Positions 29,926 through 40,900 of a stretch of 64,000 nucleotides of DNA are shown in pieces. Source of the stretch: Chloroflexota bacterium (GTDB lineage Bacteria; Chloroflexota; Dehalococcoidia; SM23-28-2; RBG-16-64-32); contig JAJCYV010000027.1 of the NCBI GenBank assembly GCA_029262695.1, forward strand, positions 811 to 64,810, given 5' to 3'. The notes under the pieces were generated by a model, which was given only the letters and a program-made list of their open reading frames with translations, did not search any database and was not told where the DNA came from. Within the stretch, counting starts at the first letter, position 1, and each line of letters starts with the position of its first letter. A program made the position numbers and the translations under genes.

Positions 29926-30360
29926 ATGCCCCGTCTTAAGGCCGTAATCGACATCGACGCCCCGCGCGAGCACGTGTTTGCGGCGGCGGAACCGCTCAAG
30001 ATGCCCGAATGGACGGTTCACGTCTCCGAGGTGACTGTGACAGAGGGCGACGGCAAGACGGCCGGCACCAGGGACCGCACGATCATCAAAGTTACTCCTC
30101 GTGCGAACACGCTGGAGAGCGAATGGACGGAGTACAGCCCCGGCGAGGCCTGGGCGCGGACGTTCACCGGCTACCTCAAGGGCGACGAGCGCATCAGCCT
30201 GGCGGAAGCGGACGGCGGCACGCGCCTCGAATGGACGTACAACTACACGCCGCCGTTCGGTGTCCTCGGCAAGATTGGCGCCCTTCTCGTGATGTCCCGA
30301 GTGGTGCAGAACAACATGGAATCGTCGCTTGAGATGCTGAAGCACGAGCTCGAGATTTAG
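29926..30360 (+). CDS. SRPBCC family protein (polyketide cyclase/dehydrase-like, START/Bet v1 fold)
   Basis: 144 aa. A pattern typical of SRPBCC (Bet v1-like) proteins: …IDIDAPREHVFAAAEPLKMPEW…, then an anti-parallel sheet, then a C-terminal helix (…SRVVQNNMESSLEMLKHELEI). Confidence 0.65.
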   Translation: MPRLKAVIDIDAPREHVFAAAEPLKMPEWTVHVSEVTVTEGDGKTAGTRDRTIIKVTPRANTLESEWTEYSPGEAWARTFTGYLKGDERISLAEADGGTRLEWTYNYTPPFGVLGKIGALLVMSRVVQNNMESSLEMLKHELEI

Positions 30361-30500
30361 CCGCGCTCGGAGATCGTAGCCGCAGGCCTTCAGGCCTGCC
30401 TTCCATCCATTCGCCAGCTGTGAGACTCTTCCGTTGGAACGGGTTCGAGCCCTCATTGAAGGCAGAGCTGGAAGCTCTGCGGCTACGATGTTGGCGAACT

Positions 30501-31661
30501 CTAGGCGCGCGGTAGGCCCAGCGCCCTGATCGCGATCAGGTCGCGCTGCACCTCTGAGGTGCCGGCGCCGATGGTGTCCTGAACCGCCGAGAGGAAGTTG
30601 TGCGACGTTGCGCCCTCGTAGGGGGCGCGCGGGTCGTTCTCCGTCAGCGGGCCGTAGAGTCCCAGCAGGTTGAGGCTCGTTTCGTAGAGGTGCTGAGCGA
30701 ACTCCGTGTTGAAGAGCTTGACCATCGCCGCCTGGCCGCGGTAGTCGCGCTCCTCCGTGTGCATCTGGACGGCGCGCTCCAGCAGCAGCTCCGCGATCTC
30801 GTACTCGATGCGCAGGCCACCGATCTGCTGGCGGACGCGGCGCGACCAGCCTTCGCCGCCGTTCGCCTTCGCCCGCCGCACGGCGCCGACGAGCGTGCGC
30901 CAGTGTACGTACGCCCGGTAGATCGTGATGCGCTCGACGCCGAGGGCCGATGCCAGCAAGCGCCAGCCTTCGCCATCGCCGCCGATGCGCTCGCTGACCG
31001 GCACGCGGACGTCCTCGAACACGACCTCGTTGAACCAGTGCTTGTCCAGCAGGTTGACGATCGGGCGGATTTCGATGCCGGGCTGTTTCATGGGGACGAC
31101 GAACATCGAGATGCCGCCGTGGCGAGAGCTTTCGGAGTCGGTGCGGGCGGCGAGCCAGCAGTAGTCGCTGGACTCTGCGCCGCTGGTCCAGATCTTGCGG
31201 CCGTTGATCACGTAGTCGTCGCCGTCGCGGACGGCCTTCGTCTCGAGCGATGCCAGGTCGGACCCCGATTCGGGCTCCGAGTAGCCGAGGCAGAACGTGG
31301 CTTCACCGCGCGCCATCTCCGGCAGGTAGCGCTGCTTCTGGTCCTCGTTCGCGGCGTGCATGAGCAACGGCGCGACGATGACGCGGGCCATCGCGTCGCT
31401 GGCCGGGCCGCCGTGCAGGGCAACTTCCTTTTCGACGAGGAACTGCTCCTTGATCGGCCGGCCGCCGCCGCCGTACTCCACGGGCCAGGAGAGCGCCAAC
31501 CAGCCCTTCGCGCCGAGCTTGCGCTCGAAGTCGCGTGCGGGCATGTAGCCGGGCGGCATCGGCCGCGGATCGGAGTCGTGGTCAGTGCCCAGCTCGGTGG
31601 TCAGCCACTCGTGCGCTTCCTGGCGCAGTGCTTCTTCGTGCGGGGCGAGTCTAAACTCCAT
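30501..31661 (-). CDS. acyl-CoA dehydrogenase family protein
   Basis: The true start is ATG 31661 (MEFRLAPHEEALRQEA…), giving 386 aa. The ACAD middle-domain motif is …CLGYSEPESGSDLASLETKAVRDGDDYVINGRKIWTSGA…. The C-terminal catalytic region is …VQRDLIA…. The 5' extension in the ORF track, to 33086, is antisense to lpdA and is rejected. Confidence 0.85.
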   Translation of the reverse strand: MEFRLAPHEEALRQEAHEWLTTELGTDHDSDPRPMPPGYMPARDFERKLGAKGWLALSWPVEYGGGGRPIKEQFLVEKEVALHGGPASDAMARVIVAPLLMHAANEDQKQRYLPEMARGEATFCLGYSEPESGSDLASLETKAVRDGDDYVINGRKIWTSGAESSDYCWLAARTDSESSRHGGISMFVVPMKQPGIEIRPIVNLLDKHWFNEVVFEDVRVPVSERIGGDGEGWRLLASALGVERITIYRAYVHWRTLVGAVRRAKANGGEGWSRRVRQQIGGLRIEYEIAELLLERAVQMHTEERDYRGQAAMVKLFNTEFAQHLYETSLNLLGLYGPLTENDPRAPYEGATSHNFLSAVQDTIGAGTSEVQRDLIAIRALGLPRA

Positions 31662-31769
31662 AGCGACCCCGATTATACCCGTCGTCTCCCGGCATATGGG
31701 ATAATGGTGCACAGGCGAGGAATCGCCCAGGGAGGGGTCCGGCCCACGAGAGTAGACGAAGGCGAGTAG

Positions 31770-33152
31770 TTGGAAGAGATCGACCTCCTGGCCATCGGCG
31801 GCGGCACCGGCGGCTATACGGCCGCGATCAGGGCCGCGCAGCTCGGCCTCTCGGCCGCCATCGTCGAAGCGGACAAGGTCGGCGGCACATGCCTCCACCG
31901 CGGCTGCATCCCCACCAAGACGTGGCTCCACAGCGCCGAAGTCCTCACCCAGACCCGCAACGCCGCGACGTTCGGCGTCCAGACTTCCGAGCCGTCGCTC
32001 GACTATCCGGCGATGCGCGCCCGCCAGCAGGCCGTCGTCGACACGCTGCACAAGAGCATTCGCTCGGTCATAGGCAAGCACAAGATCGAGATCATCGAGG
32101 GCCGCGGCACGGTCGTGTCGCCCGGCGAGGTCGCTGTCGGCGACCGGCGGATCAAGGCGAAGCACATCGTCGTCGCCACGGGCTCGCGCCCGAAAGGCCT
32201 GCCCGGACTTGAGCCGGACGGCGACCGTATCGTGACCAGTGACGAACTCCTGGAGTGCGAAGAGGCGCCGAAGTCGATCGCGATCATCGGCGGCGGCGCG
32301 ATCGGCTGCGAGTTCGCGTCGTTCTTCGCCGATATCGGCAGCGAGGTAACGTTGATCGAAGCGCTGCCGACGCTGGTGCCGCTCGAAGACACCGACGCTG
32401 GTAAGGCCGTGGCGAAGGCGTTCGCGGCGCGCGGCGTCAACGTAATGACGTCGGCGAAGGTGCTGACGGACCGGACTCGCTCGTACGACGGCACTGTCGA
32501 AGTGACGGTGGAGCACGACGGCGCCGAGAAGCAGGTGCGGGCCGAGACGTTGCTGCTCGCCGTCGGCCGCGAGGCGGTGACCGACGGCCTGGGCCTCGAG
32601 AACACGAAGGTCGAGATAGAGAGCGGCTGGGTCAAGGTCGACGAGACGTACGGCACCGCCGAGCCCGGCGTATACGCCGTTGGCGACGCGATCGGCGGGC
32701 TGCTGCTGGCGCACGTCGCCGGCGCCGAGGGGTTTATCGCCGCCGAGGCGGCCGCGGGCAAGGATGCCGGGAGGCTGGACTACGACCGGGTCCCCCGCGT
32801 GACGTACAGCAACCCGCAGGTGGCCGCCGTCGGTCTGACGCTCGAAGAGGCGAAGGAGCGCGGCCTGAACGCGAAGTCGCAGCGCTTCTCGCTCAAGAAC
32901 AACGCGATGGCGCTGATCCAGGACGAGACGGACGGGTTCGCGAAGGTTGTTTTCGACCAAGAAGGTGGCGACCTGCTGGGCGTGCACCTCGTGGGCGCGC
33001 ACGTCGCCGATATCGTCTCGGAGGCGGCGCTGGGCCGCTTCTTGCAGGCCTCGGCCTGGGAGATTGGCACGAACATCCACCCGCACCCGTCGCTGAGCGA
33101 GGCGCTGGGCGAGGCGGCCCAGCTATCGGCGGGGATCAGCATCTACTGGTGA
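31770..33152 (+). CDS. lpdA: dihydrolipoyl dehydrogenase (E3)
   Basis: 460 aa. The FAD-binding motif is GGGTGGYTAAIRAAQLG. The redox-active disulfide is GGTCLHRGCIPTK. The C-terminal interface motif is HPHPSLSEAL. Confidence 0.9.
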   Translation: MEEIDLLAIGGGTGGYTAAIRAAQLGLSAAIVEADKVGGTCLHRGCIPTKTWLHSAEVLTQTRNAATFGVQTSEPSLDYPAMRARQQAVVDTLHKSIRSVIGKHKIEIIEGRGTVVSPGEVAVGDRRIKAKHIVVATGSRPKGLPGLEPDGDRIVTSDELLECEEAPKSIAIIGGGAIGCEFASFFADIGSEVTLIEALPTLVPLEDTDAGKAVAKAFAARGVNVMTSAKVLTDRTRSYDGTVEVTVEHDGAEKQVRAETLLLAVGREAVTDGLGLENTKVEIESGWVKVDETYGTAEPGVYAVGDAIGGLLLAHVAGAEGFIAAEAAAGKDAGRLDYDRVPRVTYSNPQVAAVGLTLEEAKERGLNAKSQRFSLKNNAMALIQDETDGFAKVVFDQEGGDLLGVHLVGAHVADIVSEAALGRFLQASAWEIGTNIHPHPSLSEALGEAAQLSAGISIYW

Positions 33153-33168
33153 GGAGGAGGCGAGAGAT

Positions 33169-34173
33169 ATGGTCTCCGTGAGCGACGTACCGGGAGCGCA
33201 GGGGTTGAGCAGGGACCAGCTCCGCGAGGTTTACTTCAAGATGTTCCTCGCGCGGTCCGTCGGAGAGCGTGAGCGGATGCTGAACCGCATGGGCAAGGGC
33301 CCGTTCGCGGTCACCGGTGAGGGCCACGAGGCGGCGCAGGTCGGGACGGCCTACGCGATGACGCCGGGCAAGGACTGGGCGCTCACGTACTACCGTGACA
33401 TCGGCGTGGCGCTGACGTTGGGCATGACGCCGCGCGACCTGTTGCTGGCGCATCTGGCGCGCGCCGAGTCGATCGAGAGCGGCGGGCGCAACATGCCGTC
33501 GCACTTCAGCAGCGTCGACCTGCGCATCGTCTCGGGCTCAGCGCCGGTTGCGACGCAGGTGCCTCACGCCGTCGGGATCGCTCTGGCGAGCAAGCTGCGC
33601 GGCCTGGACGAGGTGGCGGTGACGTACTTCGGTGACGGCGGCGCGAGCGTCGGCGACGTGCACGAGGCGATGAACTTCGCCGGGGTCCACAGCCTGCCGG
33701 TGATCTTCGTCTGCGAGAACAACCAGTACGCGATCTCCGTGCCGGCGAGCAAGCAGGCGGCCGTCACTGACCTTTCGGTACGCGCTCAAGGCTACGGCTT
33801 CCCGGGCGTGACGGTGGACGGGAACGACGTGCTTGCGGTCTACAGCGCCGCGAGAGAGGCGGTCGAACGGGCACGAAACGGCGACGGGCCAACGTTCATC
33901 GAGGCGAAGACGTACCGTCTCGTGCCGCATACCAGCGACGACGACGACAGCCGGTACCGCAGCCGCGAGGAGGTGGAGGAGTGGCGAAAGAAGGGGCCGC
34001 TCGTCCGTTTTGGGGCCTGGCTGGAGGAGAACGGCGTAGCCACGAAGGACGAGATCGGCGAGATCGAAGCGAAGGCGATGGCCGAGATCGACGCGGCGAC
34101 GGAGTACGCGGAAGCGGCACCGACGCCCGACCCGGCATCGGCGATGCGGCACGTGTTCGTGGAGGAGGAGTAG
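33169..34173 (+). CDS. 2-oxoacid dehydrogenase E1 component alpha subunit (TPP-dependent; PDH, BCKDH or acetoin type not resolvable)
   Basis: 334 aa. The TPP-binding region is …TYFGDGGASVGDVHEAMNFAG…CENNQYAIS…. The phosphorylation-loop-like region is YRLVPHTSDDD. Confidence 0.88.
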   Translation: MVSVSDVPGAQGLSRDQLREVYFKMFLARSVGERERMLNRMGKGPFAVTGEGHEAAQVGTAYAMTPGKDWALTYYRDIGVALTLGMTPRDLLLAHLARAESIESGGRNMPSHFSSVDLRIVSGSAPVATQVPHAVGIALASKLRGLDEVAVTYFGDGGASVGDVHEAMNFAGVHSLPVIFVCENNQYAISVPASKQAAVTDLSVRAQGYGFPGVTVDGNDVLAVYSAAREAVERARNGDGPTFIEAKTYRLVPHTSDDDDSRYRSREEVEEWRKKGPLVRFGAWLEENGVATKDEIGEIEAKAMAEIDAATEYAEAAPTPDPASAMRHVFVEEE

Positions 34174-34175
34174 CG

Positions 34176-35159
34176 GTGGCTGAGAAGACGATGGTCGAGG
34201 CGGTCCGCGACGCGCTGCACGACGAGATGAAGCGCGACGAGCGGGTCTTTGTGCTTGGCGAGGACGTCGGCAGGGGCGGCGTCTTCCGCGCTACGGAAGG
34301 CCTTCGCGACGAGTTCGGCGAGGATCGCTGCATGGATACGCCGCTGGCTGAGGCGACGATTGTCGGCGCTTCGATCGGGGCTTCGCTCAACGGGCTTCTG
34401 CCGGTCGCCGAAATCCAGTTCGCGGACTTCATACACCCGGCGTTCGATCAGATCGTGAGCGAGGCGGCGCGGCTGCACTATCGCTCGAACGGCGCCTGGA
34501 GCTGCCCGATCACTGTGCGCACTCCGTACGGCGCCGGCGTCCACGGCGGGCCCTACCACTCGCAATCGATCGAGGCGTTTTACGCGCACGTGCCGGGGCT
34601 GAAGGTGATCTGTGTCGCCAGCCCGTACGACGCGAAGGGCCTGCTCAAATCGGCGATCCGCGATCCGAACCCCGTGATGTTTCTCGAACACAAGAAGGCG
34701 TACCGGTCCTTCCGTGAGGAGGTGCCGGACGAGGACTACACGATCCCGATCGGCGTCGCCGAGAGGAAGCGCGAGGGGAGCGACATGACGCTTGTGACGT
34801 ACGGCCTGATGACGCGTTACTCGCTCGAAGCGGCGGCTGCGGTGCAGGGTGACGGCGGCATCTCGGTCGAGGTGATCGACCTGCGAACGGTATCGCCGTG
34901 GGACAAGGAGTGCGTGCTGGAGTCTGTGCGCAAGACGGGCAAGGCGTTGATCGTCTACGAGGACAACCTCACCGGCGGCTTCGGTGCCGAGGTGGCGGCG
35001 ACGATCGCCGAGGACGCGTTCGATTTCCTCGACGGGCCGGTGACGCGCATTGCATCGCCGGACGTGCCGCTCGCTCCGTACTCCGGGGTCCTGGAAGAGT
35101 TCATCCTGCCGAACCCGGAGAAGATCGCCGAGGGTATTCGCAAGCTGGCGGCGTACTAG
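34176..35159 (+). CDS. 2-oxoacid dehydrogenase E1 component beta subunit
   Basis: The GTG 34176 start (VAEKTMVEAV…) sits immediately after the E1alpha stop, with a GGAGGAGGAG RBS. The transketolase-like pyrimidine-binding and C-terminal domains are present (…FLLGEDVGRGGVFRAT…). Confidence 0.88.
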   Translation: MAEKTMVEAVRDALHDEMKRDERVFVLGEDVGRGGVFRATEGLRDEFGEDRCMDTPLAEATIVGASIGASLNGLLPVAEIQFADFIHPAFDQIVSEAARLHYRSNGAWSCPITVRTPYGAGVHGGPYHSQSIEAFYAHVPGLKVICVASPYDAKGLLKSAIRDPNPVMFLEHKKAYRSFREEVPDEDYTIPIGVAERKREGSDMTLVTYGLMTRYSLEAAAAVQGDGGISVEVIDLRTVSPWDKECVLESVRKTGKALIVYEDNLTGGFGAEVAATIAEDAFDFLDGPVTRIASPDVPLAPYSGVLEEFILPNPEKIAEGIRKLAAY

Positions 35160-35162
35160 GGC

Positions 35163-36356
35163 ATGACCTACACGCTGACACTGCCGGAAGTTGGCGAGAC
35201 GGTGACTGAGGGCACGATCGAGAAGTGGCTCAAGGCGCCCGGAGAGAAGGTGGCGAAATATGAGCCGATCGTCGAGGTCAACACGGACAAGGTGAACGTA
35301 GAGTTGCCGTCGCCGGTCTCCGGAACGGTGGTTGAGATCCTTGTGGCGGAGGGCGAGACGGTGCCGATCGGCGCTGAGTTGTGCACGATCGACCAGGTGG
35401 CGGGCGAAACGCCGGCCGAGATCGCGCCGGCAGCGCCGTCCGAAGCGCCTGAGCCGAAGGAGCCAGTCGCCGCGTCGACGCGAGAGCGCACTGACCGGAG
35501 CGGACCGAACCGGGCGACGCCGCGCGTGCGCAGGGTCGCCGAGGAGCTGGGCGTCGACCTGGCGCGCGTCGAGGGCTCGGGCCCGGGCGGCCGCATCCTC
35601 GAAGATGACGTGCGGGCGTTTGCGGCGGGCGCACCGGCTACCGCCCAGGCCGGCGCGGACGAAGAGGCGGTCCCGGTCTCCGGCATCCGGAGGACGATCG
35701 CCAGGCGCATGTCGGAATCTGCGTTCACGGCGCCGCACGCGTGGCTGGTAGTCGAGGCGGACGTCACCGAACTCGTGAAGCTGCGCCTGGCCGAGCGGGA
35801 GGCGTTCCGTGAGCGGACCGGTGTGGACCTGACGTACCTGCCGTTTACGGCACACGCAGTGTCGCAGGCGCTGCGAGATCACTCTTATCTCAACGCCTCC
35901 TGGGCGGGGGACCAGATCCTGCTCAAGAGGCGCGTGAACCTGGGGGTGGCGGTGGCGACTGACCGCGGGCTCCTCGTCCCGGTGGTCAAGGACGCCGACC
36001 GGCTGAGCGTGGCCGGTCTGGCGCTGGCGATGTCGGAACTGGGCGAGAAAGCCCGCGACAACAAGCTGCAGCTCGACGACGTGCAGGGCGGGACGTTCAC
36101 CGTGGACAACACTGGCGCCTTCGGCTCGATCGTTTCGATGCCGATCATCAACCTGGGTCAGGCGGCGATCATCAGCCTGGAGGCGATCACGAAGCAGCCC
36201 GCCGTCGTGGAGGACGACGCGATCGCGGTGCGCGACGTCGTGAACCTCTGCCTGTCGTTCGACCACCGCATCCTCGACGGCCACCAGGCGGGCGCGTTCC
36301 TGACCGACGTGAAGTCGCGCCTGGAGGCGTTCGCGCCGGGCTCGGATATCGACTGA
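35163..36356 (+). CDS. dihydrolipoamide acyltransferase (E2) with a single lipoyl domain
   Basis: 397 aa. Lipoyl-lysine context (…IVEVNTDKVNVELPSP…), an E3-binding domain (PRVRRVAEELGVDL) and the catalytic motif DHRILDGHQAGAFL. Confidence 0.9.
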   Translation: MTYTLTLPEVGETVTEGTIEKWLKAPGEKVAKYEPIVEVNTDKVNVELPSPVSGTVVEILVAEGETVPIGAELCTIDQVAGETPAEIAPAAPSEAPEPKEPVAASTRERTDRSGPNRATPRVRRVAEELGVDLARVEGSGPGGRILEDDVRAFAAGAPATAQAGADEEAVPVSGIRRTIARRMSESAFTAPHAWLVVEADVTELVKLRLAEREAFRERTGVDLTYLPFTAHAVSQALRDHSYLNASWAGDQILLKRRVNLGVAVATDRGLLVPVVKDADRLSVAGLALAMSELGEKARDNKLQLDDVQGGTFTVDNTGAFGSIVSMPIINLGQAAIISLEAITKQPAVVEDDAIAVRDVVNLCLSFDHRILDGHQAGAFLTDVKSRLEAFAPGSDID

Positions 36357-37036
36357 TGGTAGTCGAGGCGGCCTGCGACTCCAGGTGGATGGGACGTGTG
36401 GGGTACCTCGAAGCGTGGGAGTACCAGCGAGAGCTGGCCCGGCGACGGGCGCGGGGTGAGATTCCCGATACGCTTCTGCTGCTTGAGCACCCGCCCGTGT
36501 TCACGACCGGGCGCCGCGGGCCGGGAGCGAACCTGCGGCTGCCGGAGGGGTCTCTCGGTGCGCCGCTGATAGAGACGGACCGCGGAGGCGACATAACGTT
36601 TCACGGCCCCGGCCAACTCATCGCTTACCCGATCGTCGACCTGCGCGCGGCCGGACTGTCGGTCGTGACCTACGTGCGTGCGCTTGAGGAGGCGGTCGTC
36701 CGGGCCGTGCGGACGTACGGAATCGAGGCGCACACTGAGTGCGGGCTGACCGGCGTCTGGGTGGGCGACATGGGCTCGTTGGCCGAGAAGATCGCGGCGA
36801 TCGGGGTGAGGGTTGGAAAGCCGGCCGGGCCTTCGGGTGGATGGGTGACGACGCATGGCCTGGCGATCAACGTGACGGTGGACCTGGAGTGGTTCGGGCG
36901 CATCGTGCCGTGCGGGATTGGCGATCGCGGCGTGGCGTCGATCGAATCGCTGACCGGCCAGAGGCCGCGCCTGGAGGACGTTGCTGACGCGCTCAGGGAT
37001 GCGCTGGGGGACGTCCTGGGCGAGAGGTTCGGGTAA
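36356..37036 (+). CDS. lipB: lipoyl(octanoyl) transferase
   Basis: 226 aa. The start overlaps the E2 stop (TGATG). The LipB motifs are …LLLLEHPPVFTTGRRG… and …DRGGDITFHGPGQL… and the catalytic Cys/Lys region is …GLAINVTVDL…. Confidence 0.85.
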   Translation: MVVEAACDSRWMGRVGYLEAWEYQRELARRRARGEIPDTLLLLEHPPVFTTGRRGPGANLRLPEGSLGAPLIETDRGGDITFHGPGQLIAYPIVDLRAAGLSVVTYVRALEEAVVRAVRTYGIEAHTECGLTGVWVGDMGSLAEKIAAIGVRVGKPAGPSGGWVTTHGLAINVTVDLEWFGRIVPCGIGDRGVASIESLTGQRPRLEDVADALRDALGDVLGERFG

Positions 37037-37215
37037 GCGGATCACCGGCGCTGCCCTGGTACGCTATACTCACGCCCTGACGGGCTGTAGGCTGGGGCGG
37101 AACCTTCAGGGGGGTTGTGACGTCTATCACATGACTTTTTAGTGCATGCGCATGATGATTGGGCCTGGAATCCGAACGTAATCGGCGCGCCACGCAGCCG
37201 GGAGGAGTTTGACTC

Positions 37216-37977
37216 GTGACGACGGAATTGAGAGAGGGGGCCGATGTGAAGGAGTCCGCTGGGGCTCGTGCCGAGTCGATCATCAATGCGATCGATGTGG
37301 TCAAGACGTACGACACAGGGCGTGTGAAGGTGAACGCACTGCGCGGCATCAACCTTCAGATCGATCCGGGAGAGATGGTCGCGATCATGGGCCCCTCCGG
37401 CTGTGGCAAGACGACGCTCCTCAACTGTCTTTCGGGGCTCGATGTGATCGACAGCGGGCAGGTGATCGTCGAGAGCGTGGACCTCAGTACGATGTCCGAC
37501 AACGCGAAGACGGAGCACCGGGCGGAGCGGATGGGCTTTATCTTCCAGTTCTATAACCTGTTGCCTGTGCTCTCGGCCGTCGAAAACGTGGAGCTGCCAC
37601 TGCTCGTCTCCGGCACGTCGGCCAAGGAGGCGCGGCGCAAGGCGATAGACGCGCTAGAGGTCGTCAAGCTCGCCGACTGGGCGACTCACAAGCCGGCTGA
37701 GCTTTCCGGCGGCCAGCGACAGCGCGTGACGATCGCGAGGGCGCTGGTCAACGATCCGGCGATCGTCTGGGGCGACGAACCGACTGGCGATCTGGACAGC
37801 ACCAATGCCAGCGAGATTATCGACCTGATGATCCGTCTCAACCAGGAGCACGGCCAGACGTTCGTGTTGGTGACGCACGCCGATGAGGTCGCGAAACGGA
37901 CGCAGCGGATCATCCGCATGCAGGACGGACAGATAACCAGCGACGAGCCGACTGCCAGCACGCAGGCTGCGTCCTAG
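37216..37977 (+). CDS. ABC transporter ATP-binding protein (YbbA/MacB/LolD-like)
   Basis: GTG start with a GGAGGAG RBS. Walker [10 protein letters not shown], signature [15 protein letters not shown], and Walker [11 protein letters not shown]. Confidence 0.9.
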   Translation: MTTELREGADVKESAGARAESIINAIDVVKTYDTGRVKVNALRGINLQIDPGEMVAIMGPSGCGKTTLLNCLSGLDVIDSGQVIVESVDLSTMSDNAKTEHRAERMGFIFQFYNLLPVLSAVENVELPLLVSGTSAKEARRKAIDALEVVKLADWATHKPAELSGGQRQRVTIARALVNDPAIVWGDEPTGDLDSTNASEIIDLMIRLNQEHGQTFVLVTHADEVAKRTQRIIRMQDGQITSDEPTASTQAAS

Positions 37978-37992
37978 CGGAGGAGCGGACCC

Positions 37993-40900
37993 ATGGATTC
38001 GATGTTCGGCCTCTCCATGAACCTGATCATGTATGTCCTGCTGGGACTGCTTGCGATCACCCTGGCTGCGATCCTGATCATCTTCCTCCGCAACAGGATC
38101 GTGTTCCTGATGGGCCTGCGCAACATCCCGCGCCGCGTCGCGCAGAGCACGCTGATCGTGATCGGGCTCATGTTGAGCACCGTGATCATCACGGCCGCAT
38201 TCACCTTCGGTGACACCGTCGACTACAGCATCACGAAGGCGACATACGATCTCTTCGGTCACGCAGACATCATCCTCGAAAGTGACACTGGCCCCGGGGT
38301 CGCTGTCGAGGATCGCGGCAGCGACGAGATATCGGGCGAGGCTTACGAGGCGTTCCTCGTCGCCGCCGACGCCTCACCGATCCTCACGAACGTGGACGGC
38401 TACATGGGCGTGCTGTGGGAGCCCGTACCGGTAATCAACGGCGGCACGAACCTCAGCGAGCCCGATGTCCTCTTTACGGGCATCGACTCAGAGCGTGCGG
38501 GCGATTTCCCGGATGTTCAAGACGTGGACTCCGGGGACCTTCTTTCAGTCGATGATCTCGGTGCTAACGAGGTCTACCTCAATGTGAGCGCTGCTGAAGA
38601 GCTGCGTGCCGAGGCAGGCTCTGTGCTCACCGTCTTTGTGTCGAACGAGCCCCGCGAATTTGTAGTACGGGCCGTTGTCGAAGACAGGGCGATGACTGGC
38701 GCGCTGGACCTGGCTTCTCCGGAAGGTATGGTAGCGAGCCTGGACGCTCTGCACGAACTGTTTGGCAGCGACGACGTGTCAGTCATCGCCGTGTCAGTCA
38801 ACGGCGGCGTGCGCGACACACTAGAGGCGTCGCCGGAGGCCGAGAGGCAGGTCCGTAGCCTCGTCGGGGCCGGGGATATCCTGCTGCGAGTGACCGACAC
38901 GAAGGCGGAGTCGGTAGACGAAGCGGAGGAGATCGGCAACTTCATGACGACGTTCTTCCTCCTTCTGGGCCTCTTCTCGATCGGCGCCGGCGTTCTGCTG
39001 ATCGTGATGATCTTCGTCATGCTGGCGGCTGAACGAAAGCCCGAGATGGGCATGGCACGAGCTGTTGGAATGAAGAGGCTACACCTCGTCGAGATGTTTG
39101 TGGCGGAGGGCACCGGCTACAACCTGGCTTCAGCGGTCGTGGGCGTCGGGATCGGAGTCACCGTTGCCTTCGCTCTGGCTACGGCGGCCTCTGCAATATT
39201 CGCGACGTTTGGCTTTTCGTTCACGCCGCACGTGACGCTGCGGACGATCGTGATCTCATACTGTCTTGGCGTCGTGCTGACGTTCCTCACCGTGACGTTC
39301 TCCTCGTGGCGTGTGTCGACGCTCAACATCGTCGCGGCCATCCGAGACACGCCGGAAGGTAGCGCACCCGATCCTGAATCGGGAACTGTGAGAGGCCTGG
39401 TACGGGCCGTTCTGAATGTCGCAGTCCTGATGACCGGAATCGGCCTGTTCATGCTGCTTCTTAAGGGCGAGATGTTCGCCGCCCCGAGGGAGCGTCGCGT
39501 GCCACAACCCGGGGCCTCGATGTTCCCGTTCCCGGCGGGCGTGCTCGGTTTTCCGATCTATCAGTTGAACAACCTGCTCGCTGAGCGCCGCCCGATCCCT
39601 GTCTGGCCGTCCGCTCTGTTCTTACCGGGTGTTGTCCTTGTCGGCGCAAGCGGTGCGGGCCTGCCTTCGTTTCTTGCCGTCATGGCGGCACTCGCGGGGA
39701 TCGCTGGTGTGTACATCGGACTGGCGTACTTTGTCGCCGTCGTGGTGTTCCGACTTGCTCGCGATCATCGGCCAGCAGACCCGCCATGGTGGCTGATAGT
39801 TCCCGGAGTCGTCTTACCGTTTCCAGTCGGCATGATAGCGGTTGGGCTCCAGAGTCCGCGCACGCGTGTCAACTGGAGTATCGGCATCTGGGCTCCGCTG
39901 ATGATTGGCAGTGTCTTCCTGGTTATGCAGGGGCTTCAGGGCGATTCCGCTTTCCCGTTCGCGCTGGGCTTTACGGTGATCACCGTGGGCGCTGCCGTCT
40001 GCGCGACGTACTTCGGCGCTCCGGCCCGCCCCGCCTACACTGCGATGTCGCTCTTCTTGCTCTTGTTCTGGGGCTTCACTGCCGGGAACCGTCTGGAGTG
40101 GCTCTTTGGCAGGCTGGACGGCGATATCGAGATGTTCTTCCTAAGTGGCGTAGCGATGGTGACGGCCTCGACGTTCTTCATCATCTACAACGTGGACATT
40201 CTGTTAGCGTTCCTGTCGCGGGTCGGGGGCGCATTCGGGCCCATCCTGCCGTCGCTGCGGACCGCTATTGCATACCCGATGGCGAACCGGTTCCGCACTG
40301 GCATGACACTGGCGATGATCTCGCTTGTCGTCTTCTCGCTGACGACGATGTCGGCGATGAATCTGAACTATGACAAGCTGTTCCTGCAGGACGAGTCGCG
40401 GGGCGGCTGGGACGTGCAGGTTGTCGAGAACCCCAACAACCCGATGGCGAGCGTCAAGCAGGTGCTCCAGCAGGGCGACAGCCCCGTCGCAGAGCAGATC
40501 GCGGCGGAAGGCGCACTGCTGATCTCTGGTTTTGCGGAGGCCGATGTCCGTCAGGGTCCTGACTGGGGTGACGAGTATCCGGTACTAGGTCTCTCCGATA
40601 GCTTCATCGAAAACGGCAGCGTGCCAATCGATAAGGTTGCGAACGGTTACGCTGACGCGGACGCCGTCTGGGAGGCGCTGCTAACGGAGCCCGATGCGGC
40701 GATCGTCGACGGCTTCGTGATCCAGGGCGGCTTTGGCAACAACGAGTTCTCGATCAGCGGCATTGATACGCAGGAGGATACGTTCGATCAGCAGTTCATC
40801 ACCGTCCTTGATTCGACATCAGGCATTTCGCAAGGTCTCCGCGTGATCGGCGTGATCGACTTCGGTGCAAGCGCCAACTTCATGGGGATATTCACGGGTG

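Noticed and set aside
30600-31769. 389-aa plus-strand ORF antisense to the acyl-CoA dehydrogenase
   Set aside because: The ACAD call on the minus strand is strong. This ORF has Arg/Ala-rich composition and no RBS.
33840-36284. 814-aa ORF on the minus strand across the E1beta and E2 genes
   Set aside because: Antisense to three genes with strong family signatures. It is low-complexity and Arg-rich, a GC-driven artefact.
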